Assembly (NCBI GenBank): GCA_030390025.1
Contig: CM059436.1
Span: 55,614,001 to 55,678,000 of the forward strand
Source of the DNA: Squalus acanthias
Lineage: Eukaryota
Length of the DNA: 64,000 nucleotides
Reading direction: 5' to 3'
Positions 37,580 to 49,452 of the stretch are shown here, piece after piece. The notes beneath the pieces are model-generated. The model saw only the letters and a list, made by a program, of their open reading frames with translations, was not told where the DNA came from and searched no databases. A program made the translations under genes and the position numbers. How positions within the stretch are numbered: position 1 is the first letter of the stretch; each line of letters starts with the position of its first letter.

Positions 37580-38859
37580 AAGGGAGATTTTCTGGTTTGG
37601 CACTTCCAAGAAATTGTGCATCCTCAGCCCCTGTCCTCAGCCCCTGATTTTCCTTTAGCGCCTCTGTAGGTGCATGTTTGCTATACCCTTCGCTTTGTCG
37701 CTTTGTGCAAGCATGAATCTGGCCTTGGACATACCTGCTTACTTTTGGCCTGATCCATGTCCAACTCCCAACCTGACATTTTTTTGTTTTCTTGCTTTTT
37801 ATGGCCATTGCTGATTCCTTTTTATTGTAGATACAGAATGGAGTTGCTGTTGTTTCTTTGTTTCTGCTACCAGCTTCCAGTAATCCCTCCACTCTGGCTC
37901 CCACACCAGTTCCATCTTTCCCCAGACCCTTGCTCATTACTCCCACCTTGTTGATAAAATTGTACAAACAATGGGGAAACAGTGAAGCAAATTTTATGGC
38001 TTTTGCTCATTCATTTTTTCAAATTCAGCTGGCTACTCTGGGTAATTCAGCTCCCTGGGCGATACCTGACTCTTGCCCAACCAAACACCCAACCTTCCTG
38101 AATTGCTCCAAAGCTCCAGTCCCGTCAAGTGCTAAGACACCCCAACCACCACCACCGACACTGAATGCTTCCAGGCCTGCTGCTCGGTCCCAAACCCTGT
38201 CCATGAGTACTTCCAGGTCCCAGCTCCCCCAATTGCTCAAGACATTAGTTCCCCCAAGTGCTCTAACAGTTCAGCACCCCAACCAAATAACCTTGGATTC
38301 CAAAATACCAGCATCATTCACGCTGACTACTTCTTCCCAAACCACAACCCCGCAGCCAACACAACCACTCCCACTTAAACCTATGCTATCTCACACCTCG
38401 CCCAAAGTGCAATTTTTGAGGGGATGCCGCCCAGTGTGTTGACTATTAATTAAATAGAACTTTTTCAGTAGTGGTTAAACATCAAAACTCCCTTACCAAT
38501 GTCAAACAGTAAGACAGATGCCAGAGCTCACTATCATACACAGAAACATTATGGAAATGCAGAAGATATAGTTGTTATATTACAAATAAATCCTTTACTT
38601 TTTATTCATGAGCAGGCCCATAGATTATCACTTTTTTTTAAAAAAGGACCAAAACATATAGAACAAAACAAAAGGATATTGAAATTAAGCATAATTCTAT
38701 AAATCTGTTTGAATGAAGGATTATTTTTTTCTTTGCTTTTATGCTGCTGGCTGCAAAGCTTGTCAGCATATAACGAATCTGGGTTTACTAGTGATTGGAA
38801 GGTGTTCTTTATTCTCATTCTCAAAATGACCTGCAAAAGAAAATTGATTGCTCCTAATG

Positions 38860-39060
38860 GATTGGGTGTAAATGCACAGTGAGATGTGATACAGTGCCAA
38901 ACAAACAGGAAAGGTTTCAGGTTCGATCTCTGGTTTGTGCTGAGTTCGCTAATATGAGCTGAAGTGGCAGAGGGGGAACAACAGTTGTCTTCAATGTACC
39001 TGGATGAGGGAAGGTGAAGCCTTGGCTCTTACCAATCTGCACTAAAGCCCTGTGGATTTG
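38860..39060 (+). mobile_element. Ancient tRNA-derived SINE, LF-SINE-like
   Basis: B-box ggttcgatc followed by tggtttgtgctgagttcgctaat, resembling the LF-SINE head as recalled from memory. It is very diverged. Confidence 0.5.
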
Positions 39061-39399
39061 GTTAAGTGAAATATGTTCCTTTGGGGAGAGAGTGCACACT
39101 CCATATTGGGCAGACAGAAACTCTACCTATGTGAATTTCTCAGTAGCTTGGTTTAGAGACTCTTACACATAATGAGAGGTTTCCTGCATGTCAGACATCC
39201 AACTGACCAAAACAAAAAAATGCCTAGCATTGAGACATTTACTGATGGGTCAGGTATCCAATTGTTTTTTTGTTCTTGTTTTATTCAGTTCAAAAAAAAA
39301 ACATTTTCCCACAGGGAAGAAGCAAATGCAGCATCTATGCTCTGCCGCTCAAGGCTATTTGGTCTTTGATGTGCCTCTTGAATCCTGCTGCACCAGTTC

Positions 39400-39760
39400 A
39401 AGATCACATCAGAAGGTTTTCATAATTTTGAAAGGTTTTGAGAAGGTAAATAGTGAAAGATTGTTTTCAATGGTTGTCAAATCTGTAACAACAGAGCACA
39501 GACACAGGATTATCACTAGACCCGAAAGGAAAAGTTTGAAAAAATGTTTTTCACATCTATTAGAACATTGAATGCTTTATCACAATTATCTATTGTGGCA
39601 GAGACTGTAACATTACTTAAAAGGGTATTGGATAATTATTGGAAAATGAAGAACGTAAATGGAGATGAGGAAAGGGCAGGGAAATGTGAATAGAGTAGTT
39701 AGCTCCAGTTGAACAGCTAGCACTGGCACAATGGGCCAAATGCTGTATTTCTATGAAATA
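39400..39760 (+). mobile_element. Old CR1 3' fragment
   Basis: VFIILKGFEKVNSERLFSMV and a tail ...caatgggccaaatg. Confidence 0.55.
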
Positions 39761-40865
39761 CAACCTTTGACATATCGTAGCTACCATTCCGCAGAGAAGC
39801 ACATTAATATGACCACTCCAATCAGAGTGCTTCTGTATCAGCTGATTATTATGCTTCTTTATGAAAAAAAATACATGTAATGCTATTCTCTAGTACTTGA
39901 TCTTTGCACCATTCAATTAGGATTGAAAGCTTGATAAGCAGTTGCATGTCTGCCATTGGTACCTTGTAATCACACGTTGATAAATTTGTGCAAAATAGTA
40001 TTGTAATATAAATACAATTATGTTGGAGCTTTTCCAGTTTGTGGCTACTATACGCATTAAAAATTTGCTTCTAAGTTTGAGGTAATCATAAATATACCCA
40101 TACACATATTCAAAAACCAGTAAACATTTGAGAATTTCAAGAAATACCACTGTAGTACTTATTTCCAGTCGATTGTTGCAGCTTGACTTGAGGGGCAGCT
40201 TATTTTGTTGTGCTATACTGTTAGGCTGTTTCATAAACGCGGAAGTATGAAAAAAGGAATCCACGTGTTATCACCACTGCAGCCCAGTGTTGTCTCAGCT
40301 ACCCACTATGCTCTGCATTCCTTTCATTGCAAAGAAGAAAACACAAAAATAATGTACAGTAAAATAATTTACATGTTGCAAGATCAAAAAGGGTAGAAAT
40401 GCTGGGCAACTGTGAAGTAGAAAGACTAGATTCCTTTCACTAACGTAAGAAACTTTGGCCTAGAAATATAACCACACTGTGCCTGTTTTTCACGCACTAA
40501 ATGGCTGCCTAAGCCTCCAATATAGTAGGCAGGAAGTGCACAGTCATTACAATCCAAAAGTGCGCCACCCGCCATATTGATGTAGGCAAGAAAATAAGCG
40601 TCTAAGGCCCATGCCTCAAACAGGCACTGGACCCTTTGCATATTCAAATAAGGGGCCTAACACCTGTTTGAGGACCCCTCTGCAATATTGGGTTGCCCTA
40701 AACACAGCTGCTGCCGGGCCTGCTCTATAGGCGGCCTAATAGGCAGTGCTTAAAGGGACCACGGCAGGTCGAACCAACAAGGTAGCTGTTTAAAACAGTG
40801 GTGAGCAATTAAATGGGCTGGAGGAAAACTTAACAAGTTTTGGTGAGCTGTTGAGGGACACACAC

Positions 40866-41014
40866 CAATGTTCCCCCTAAGGTGTGTGGCCGCGCACCAA
40901 TCGCGAGGTCCCGCACAGGCCGCTCACCAGCTCCTACCGCTGGAAGAGATGCCGCACATGTGCGGCCACAGAGTGGAAGGGACTGTGCACGAAAAAAAAT
41001 GAGAGGGAACATTG
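40866..41014. mobile_element. Small MITE (hAT-Tip100-like termini) nested in the hAT element
   Basis: TIR caatgttccc / gggaacattg. No clean TSD. Confidence 0.6.
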
Positions 41015-41264
41015 CATAAACATAAACATAAATAAACATAAATTCAGATAGTAGTCATTTACTATCTTAAATACACAAAATGTAGTGTAAAATCTTCTTT
41101 TATTAAATGAATGAAATGATTGATCGATCGATTACATGTTGTATTGAAAGTCTACGTGGCTCGAGTCTGCGGGGCCTCCGACGCGAGAGGTGTTCCCTTT
41201 TTAGTGTGCTGAGTACGGGAGCCCGAGGCTTCGCAAGGCCTGAACTACAATCGCGTGCCATTCC

Positions 41265-41360
41265 CTGGAGTCCTTGTGCTCTGGGATCCACCCCCGTGTC
41301 TAAGACGTCGATAAGAACTCCCCTGCCGTCGTACTCTGGGTACCGAGAGAGGAAAGACGC
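41265..41360 (-). pseudogene. TPP2: Captured fragment of tripeptidyl-peptidase II first coding exon
   Basis: [32 protein letters not shown] compared with the vertebrate TPP2 N-terminus [32 protein letters not shown] (recalled). The start codon region is missing. Confidence 0.9.
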
Positions 41361-42084
41361 AGGTAAAAGAGTCATCGAGGTGAGCAGCCATGACTCGATG
41401 GAGGAGGAGCATCCAGTGCGTACGCGCAGCAGCGCCCCCACCAGCCAGCAATGAGCGGCGGATTTTACAAAAGTGGTTCATGGAACCAGAGCAGGCGAGA
41501 GCCGCAGACAGATGTTAGGCCAATCTGCACCAGGCATATAGCAGCAGTCACAGCAACTTTGTTTTTAACTACCCCGGTTCAGGGTCGTAGCCTACTCCCA
41601 GGCCACAGTAACCCTGAGTGAGCTCTCCTTGGGCCACCCCTTCGCATGACTCAGACAAATGTGCAGCTCAAGTTCCAGCGGGGCGAATAGAATGAACTGG
41701 CGGGCCGGATACGGCCCGCGGGCTGTATGTTGCCCTCCACTGGTTTAAAATATACTTGCCTGAATGTGGAGCCGGGAGGACTCTGAGTGCTCCTCCCACC
41801 TCGAATTCAAACCACAGGGGCCGGTGCTGCACACCGCCGCTCCACCACTCTGATTGCCTGTTTTTGGGTGTGCTCTAATTTCTAGGCCAACATTCTGTAG
41901 AATTACCAAATCCTTTTTCATGTTTCTTTTCTCCTTTTTTTTGCTTTCTACCTTTTTCAATTCCTTGTAGTGATTTCTGGTTTTTTTATGTATTTTTTTT
42001 CTGTAAAATGTTGCTACCTAATATTAGATCATGTACAATAAGTAAGAATCTCACAGCAATTGCAATTTATTCTATATACACAGA

Positions 42085-42770
42085 GTTGCATAGAATATAC
42101 AGCACAGAAACAGGCCATTCGGCCCAACCAGTCCATGCCGGCATCCTTCTTCATCTAACTCTATCAGCATAACCCTCTATTCCCTTCTCCCTCATGCTTA
42201 TGTAGCATCCCCTTAAATGCATCTGTACTATTTGCCTCAACTACTCCCTGTGGTAGCGAATTCCACATTCTCACCATTCTCTGGGTAAAGAAGTTTCTTC
42301 TGAATTCCCTAGTTGATTTGTTGGTGACGATCTTATATTGATGGTTTCTAGTTTTGCTCTTCCCCACAAGTGGAAACAGTCTCTCTGTATCTCCTCTATC
42401 AAAATCTTTCATAATTTTAAAGACCTCAGCCTTCTCTTTTCAAGAGAAAAGAGACCCAGCCTGTTCATCCTTTCCCGATTGATAAAACCTCGCCGTTCTA
42501 GTATCATCCATGTAAATCTTGTTTGCACCCTCTCCAGTGCCTCTAATATATGGCAACCAGAACTGTGCACAGTACTCCAAGTGTGGTCTAACCAACGTTT
42601 GTTACAAGCTTAGCATAACTTCTCTACTTTTCAATTCTATAAATCCTAGTGCTTGGTTTGCTTGTGTTATGGCCTTATTAACCTGCGTCACAACTTTTAG
42701 TGATTTGTGTATTTGTACTCCCAGATCCCTTTGTTCCTCTACCCCATTTAAATTCTTACTTTCCAAGTAA
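42085..42770 (-). mobile_element. CR1 LINE 3' fragment
   Basis: RRNFFTQRMVRMWNSLPQGVVEANS and RPHLEYCAQFW. Confidence 0.9.
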
Positions 42771-45700
42771 AATTCTTATTTTCCAAGTTCTGTGTTACTT
42801 ATTTTCCAAGTTCTATATGATCCAACAAGATTCATTCTTACATTGTTTAATCACACCACAGGATTCCTATAGGAGTTTTGAGCATTTGAAACACAGGTAT
42901 TTTCTTACCAATTTGTGGACAGTACAATTTTAGGGATTTTGGCCTTATAATAGAAATATTTACAAAACTGAAGAATGATTCCAATAACAGAGGTCAGCAC
43001 AAGAGCCTCCTTAAACTGCTAGGTAACCCCATCCTCTGACCATTTAAAATGGAATGTATATCCACCATTACCCCATATAAAGTGTAAAGACCACTCGGGA
43101 GCACTGGCACAGACTCCTCTACTAGACTGATAGCGATTGAACATTCCCCCAACTTCTAGATCATTGATTTTCAATTTGTTGTTATAGCTCCAGTGACAGA
43201 TACCTGTTGCTCTATCCCCCCAGCCTAGCTGGCACACAATAAAAGTTTAAGTACAGATTATACTTTCACACAGACTTTTATGAACAATGGACAGCGAAGA
43301 AGCAATGACTCATTCTTGGATGTTAACGACCCTTTGTTGCACAGTCAAGTCACCTGTCATAAACATCATGAGTGTGATTTTTATGCATTACAACCAAAAA
43401 GCATTTTTTACTGCAATTTCAGGCAACTGGGATTTAGAAAATAGTGCAATGTGTGTACAGAGGAATTGAAATTTAGTTCATAGTTAACTCTAGCGGATGA
43501 TTGGATATATTTCTTTCTTTCTTTAGGTCTTATTTCAATCCAGGAGCATTCTTTGACCAAGAGAGTAGGCAGATGACCTGTTCCTGGATCTCAGCCTATG
43601 CTGCTCCATAGCCTCCTGCTAAGGAATGTGTATGAACATTCTAGGGGATTGAACCAAATCCCCAATGTGGTTAGGGACTTACAATGTGACAAAGGCTGGG
43701 TGGACCCAAGATATGTCATATTAATCTGCTAACTTGCTGTGGCAACAGAATATCAATAAGGCAGGAATGTTTGAAGGATGGGGTGCAAAATCAGTCGTTG
43801 GTCTTCCAGTCTATTTTCTGTTCAGAAAGAGCATACATATACTTTTACTGTTGAATTATTTCTTATTAACTTTTATGCTTTACTTCCATTATTTTTAGTT
43901 TTTAACTTGGTTGCTAAGTATTGGACTGTTTATAGAACACGAAGATAATAAAGTTTAAACGGCAGATTTTATTTAAAATGCTGTACAATATTTCACTGAT
44001 TAATAATCGCTATCATTCTCAACCTCTTCCTCTCAAATAGTGTATCACAAGTATAAAGCATCAAGGGATGGGTTACTGTGGGAGAAATAATATCAAGCTG
44101 CAAGGGATTGTTATGTAACTGTTTACATGGGTGATTTGAAAGGAACACTGTTGTCAGATATGTAGCTTGATGAACTGGGTTGAGTCCTTGAAAAGCCAGT
44201 GTCACAACTAGAAAAACCATCAATGCAAAAATTACAGGAAATTTTATATTTCAAAATATTATGGTATCCTGAACGATTCCTGGATTTCCACAGTTTATGA
44301 TCTAAGGCACTAGGAAAGGCATTGTTAATTCTCAACCTAAGCAAATCGGTGTTCTCCGAGATAGCCTGGCATTATGCAAAACAATCTGTAGAGTGTGGAT
44401 AGTTAAAGGGAAAATAGAGATATGGAATGGAATAAAGAGGTGTCCACTGTCTCAAGGGAAAGTTGAATGACTTCCACTTGTATTAATTAGGCGCTGACCT
44501 GTTCTGTTGGTTTTACAAATACCTCTCTTCCCACTTCATGGACATGTCATTATAGTGATAGAATCTTTGAAAAGTTGCAGTCGGGACTGTAATTGGTATG
44601 GTTGCTCTGGAAAAAATTGATTGATCAATTAGCCAATGAATGGTGGCCTATGCTTTCAGGCACAGCTTTCTGGAACTACCATAATTACCCATACATTTTC
44701 AAACTTTCTTTTTTTTTAAGCCAATGAAGGTAATGTTCAATTCCAACTCCCTTAGACCGAGGCCTGGGGTCCTGGATAATGGGTTGCTTGGATAATGGGC
44801 CAGGAAAAATGAGTGACTATATTTGTAAGATTATGCAATGTACATAAATAGGAATGTGACAGCACTCTGCTACATGTGAAGCGGATAGCAGTGTGGGAAT
44901 AATGTATGGGTAAATGGCTATATTGAAAATGCACTTTATGGTTTTAAGTGTGATCCCTGTTTGTGACATAATGTTGCATCAGATGTAGTCTTCTAGATAA
45001 AAAGAAAACATACTTCAGATTTTTCCTGATGTCATTCTACACGTTACGATGCCATCACAAATGCTGTATTGTTAAGTGTCACTGTGATAACCATGCTCCT
45101 TCAAGGATGAAATGAGTGAATTGAGTTAATACATTTTCTGAAGAAGCAGTAAAAATGAAAATAAAAAATTCATGAACAAATGAAAACAAAAATCTGCAAT
45201 GGATCAAAAAGACACATTGCATACGATTAGGACTGATCCTGCTCAATAACCAAGTCAAACTTACATTGTAAATGGAGCAATCTTCTATAAGATTGTGTTC
45301 ATTTACCAAGAGTTCTGTATTAACATAATTTAGATTAAAGAGAATATCATTTATAACAGAGGTCTCTATAAGACTTTTCATGTCACTTGTCAAAATTGTA
45401 AAAATAGATTTGTGTACCATCAAAATTATAAAAGTAGTTTCGCCAACCTAAACCTTTGCATTGGAATAAGTATCTTGTAAAGTTTTACTTTATTACTGGA
45501 ATCTTGTGTTTTTTCTCAAGATCAAGCACCAGCATACATTAAAAGCTGCAAATTGTTTCACTGCAGTACATTTTTGTGCTCAAATCTGGAGCATAGTTGT
45601 GGGGCTACCTTCATAAAACAACAAAAGAAAGCTGTTATTAACATGGCATAATATATTATTGGGGAAATTGTTATATTTCATATCACTATTGCAAATATTA

Positions 45701-47764
45701 ATTTCATAAGTAATAACTGTAATAATCACCAATAATTTGTTTCATTTCATGTAACCTCACATATTTTAGAGTTCATCCTTTTGTACTATTGCTAAAAAAA
45801 CACAGCACTCATTATTTATGTTATTATGGTTTGGAAAAGACCTGCAAAATATTCAAGTAACAACTTACTTCCATTAGCAGGCAACAACAGAGTAGAGCGT
45901 CAATTATCCAAACTAATTGGGACCAGAGGGTGTTCAGATAGTCAATTTGTTTGAATAGTCAAACACCAATTGGGGAAACATACATACCAAGCTTTTTCTA
46001 TGGCTGTGTAATATATTGTGCATGTACCTGTACTGCACTGTAAATTTCAGGGGGTGCTGGGGAAGAAAGCACCTTAGGGTAGGCAGGTAATCAGACAGGC
46101 TGGATAATCAATGTTCAGATAATTGATGTTCAAAGTCAATACATATGTCATGAAAATAATTAAGACCCTGTGAAAGACTCTATTACTGGTTTTAGGGCTG
46201 GTGCCTTCAATCTTGCTGCCTAAGGGTTACATACTATACTGTGTATGTTTTACTATTACTTTCATAAGCAGCTTGCAGTCTGTCTTATTGTTCCATTATG
46301 TATATTCTTAACTGAAGTTATGCCAAACAATCAATAATGGACAGGCTGCTGCTTTCTTCCTTCAGTGTGTTCATTATTTTTCACACTCATCTCAGCAGAA
46401 AAGACTTAACAGTTAATAGACTACTTGAACCTACCAGCATTCATATTGAAGGAGAGCATGTGCTAATGTCGAACCAGGAGAAAACATTATTAAAAAGAAA
46501 TGTATGGCGATGCAACCTTAACGTTACCCAACACCTGTCCACACAATGATTCTGGTTATTACTAAAGAAGATACTTTATACAGTTAGATCAATCCAAAAG
46601 TAATGACCTAGTCAATCAATAGTCTGAACTATAATATGTAGAAGCTTATCATCTCCCTCTGAGAGAATGAGTTCTATGGAGGTAGCCAGTCAGCATATAA
46701 CCAGAGTCAGAGATGTACAGTGTTTGCAAGTCTTTGATACTCTTTGCAAGCTCAAGATAACTTTTCCATTCTTTAATGAATTACCCAGTGCGTTATGGAC
46801 ATTGTGGTATGTTTACTTCTCAAACAAGAAAAAATTAGCTGCTCTCATATAAAACAGCTTGGTTATACGAGATAAACACTGGCAGAATTGAAGATTGAAA
46901 CAATATGTTTAAACACAGAGTGCAGTATGGGTTGTAGGGGTATTGACTAGAACAGGGATTTATAGTAGAGGTGAGGCCATCTACAATGACTGCATGATTT
47001 AATGGTTTAAAATTTTCAGTAAGTTCTTCTCTTAAGAATTATTGCTATTCTGCAAACAGCTGTTTTGTTGACTGGATGAAAGGGCTGCCAAGAATGAGAA
47101 CTGGTTTGTATGAAGTGGAATTCAAAGAAGGTCTCTTTGTGCTTTAATTAGCCAGTTAAACTCCCGTTGATCTCGGGGTAGCTACTCCCATGTATGTGGG
47201 GTTTATTAGAATATCGGATGGGCTAGACCTGGGTTTATAGCCAGCAGGGTGAAAAGGATGGTGTCCAGTCCAGACTAAGGGGACGATGTCTACATTTTGA
47301 CAGCTGGCAAGGATCCTAAGACAAATGAGTTCAGGCAAACTTGACCTGGTTCCCAGTAGACACGAATCTGCATAATATTCTGCAGCAGTTTGTCCTATAT
47401 CAGCAATCTGGCTCAGATAGACCTTGGGTTAGGGAGCTGGGAAATAAAAATGACACACTGGTGCAGTAGAGGGTGCTCTTGTGAGCGTGGTAGAAAAATA
47501 TTTAGTTTCCCAGAACAGTAGTTCCTTTTCTTTTCTTTGTACATGTAAGCAATTAAAATGTAAAAGATAAAATATAATGTAAAAAACACAAATAAGTGTA
47601 TCTGAAGTAGAACAGATAATAGGTCATCGAGTGACCTAGGCCTAGGAATGTGAACCCACAGCAAGCCCTTTTCGGGCGCTAACCAGCCTAATAAGAACCC
47701 AATATGGCGGGCAGGAAGTGGACGCACTTTTCCGACCAGAAGTGCGTTGCCCGCCATATTAGAT

Positions 47765-49107
47765 AAGGTAGATTTTTTTTATTCATTCACGGGATGTGGG
47801 CGTCGCTGGCAAGGGTGGAATTTGTTGCCCCTCCCTAATTGCCATTGAAAAGGTGGTGCTGAGCCATCTTCTTGACCCGCTGCAGTCCGTGTGGTGAAGG
47901 TACTCCCACAGTGCTGTTCGGGAGGGAGTTCCAGAACTTTTTGACCCAGCGACGATGAAGTAACGATGATATATGCCCAAGTCAGGATGGTGTGTGACTT
48001 GGAGAGGAACTTGGAGGTAGTGGTGTTCCCATGTGCCTGCTGCCCTTGACCTTCTAGGTGGTAGAGGTCACGGGTTTGGGAGGTGCTGTCGAAGAAGCCT
48101 TGGCGAGTTGCTGCAGTGCATCTTGTAGATGGTACACACTGCAGCCAAGGTGCGCCGGTGGTGGAGGGAGTGAATGTTTAAGGTGGTGGATGGGGTGCCA
48201 ATCAAGCAAGCTGCTTTATCCTGGATTGTGTCGAGCTTCTTGAGTGTTGTTGGAGCTGCACTCATCCAGGCAAGTGGAGAGTATTCCATCACACTCCTGA
48301 CTTGTGCCTTGTAGATGGTGGAAAGGCTTTGGGGAGTCAGGAGGTGAGTCACTCACTGCAGAATACCCAGCCTCCGACCTGCTCTTGTAGCCACAGTATT
48401 TATGTGGTCTGGTCAATGGTGACCCCTAGGATATTGATGGTGGGATACGATGGTAATGCCATTGAATGTCAAGGGGAGGTGGTTAGACTTTCTCTTGTTG
48501 GAGATGGTCATTGCCTGGCACTTGTATGGCATGAATGTTACTTGCCACTTATCAGCCCAAGCCATCTTGTCCAGGTCTTGCTGCATGTGGGCATGGACTG
48601 CTTCATTATCTGAGGAGTTGCAAATAGAACTGAACACTGTGCAATCATCATCGAACATCCCCACTTCTGACCTTATAATGGAGGGAAGGTCATTGATGAA
48701 GCAGCTGAAGATGGTTGGGCCTAGGACACTGCCCTGAGGAACACTTGCAGTGATGTCCTGGGGCTGCTATAATTGGCCTCCAAAAACCACAACCATCTTC
48801 CTTTGTGCTAGATATGACTAGCCAGTGGAGAGTTTTCCCCGATTCCCATTTACTTCAATTTTACTAGGGCTCCTTGATGCCACACTTGGTCAAATGCTGC
48901 CTTGATGTCAAGGGCAGTCACTCTCACCTCACCTCTGGAATTCAGCTCTTTTGTCCATGTTTGTATCAAGGCTGTAATGAGGTCTGGAGCCGACTGGTCC
49001 TGCGGAACCTAAACTGAGCATCGGTGAGCAGGTTATTGGTGAGTAAGTGCCGCTTGATAGCACTGTCGACGACACCTTCCATCACTTTGTTAATGATTGA
49101 GAGTAGA
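47765..49107 (-). mobile_element. LINE (CR1/Jockey group) RT and 3' end, decayed
   Basis: VALDIKAAFDQVWH, PQGSVLGP, MFDDDCTVF, IYKAQVRSVMEYSPLAW...HSLHHRRT, and a 3' tail ...cccgtgaatgaataaaaaaaa. Confidence 0.9.
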
Positions 49108-49110
49108 CTC

Positions 49111-49452
49111 CGACCCGGAGACCGATTTCCCCCCCCTCCCCTGACCCGGAGACCGATCCCTCCAACCCGGAGACCGATCCCTCCGACCCGGAGACCGATC
49201 CCTCCGACCTGTAGACCGATTTCCTCCCCCTCCCCCCCCCCCCCCCCGGACCCGGAGACCGATCCCTCCGACCCGGAGACCGATTCCTCTGACCCGGAAA
49301 CCGATCCCCCCCGACCCGGAGACCGATCCCTCCGACCCGGAAACCGATCCCCCCCCCCCGACCCGGAAACCGATTCCTCCGACCCGGAAACCGATCCCCC
49401 CCGACCCGGTGACCGATCCCTCCGACCCGGAAACCGATCCCCCCCTGACCCT
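49111..49452. repeat. Minisatellite, about 14 copies of a roughly 21-bp unit GACCCGGARACCGATCCCTCC with variable poly-C
   Basis: Direct inspection of the sequence. Confidence 0.95.

Larger units (their letters stand above)
40796..41742. mobile_element. Non-autonomous hAT (Charlie-like) element, 947 bp, carrying a captured gene fragment
   Basis: Perfect 8-bp TSD GTTTAAAA at 40788-40795 and 41743-41750. TIRs cagtggtgagcaa and ttgccctccactg. Subterminal palindrome gcgggccg-gata-cggcccgc. Confidence 0.9.
40457..41888. mobile_element. Harbinger-type MITE hosting a nested hAT element
   Basis: Perfect 11-bp TIR ggcctagaaat / atttctaggcc. No TSD is preserved. Confidence 0.65.

Noticed and set aside
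37858-38442. 194-aa Pro/Thr/Ser-rich ORF
   Set aside because: It is low complexity with no recognisable domain or splice context.
41103-41441. Authentic TPP2 gene
   Set aside because: It lacks the N-terminal codons and a GT donor, no further TPP2 exons are recognisable in the window, and it lies inside a TSD-flanked hAT element.
49111-49452. CRISPR-like appearance of regularly spaced repeats
   Set aside because: The inter-repeat parts are short poly-C variants, not unique spacers. The context is eukaryotic and there are no cas genes.
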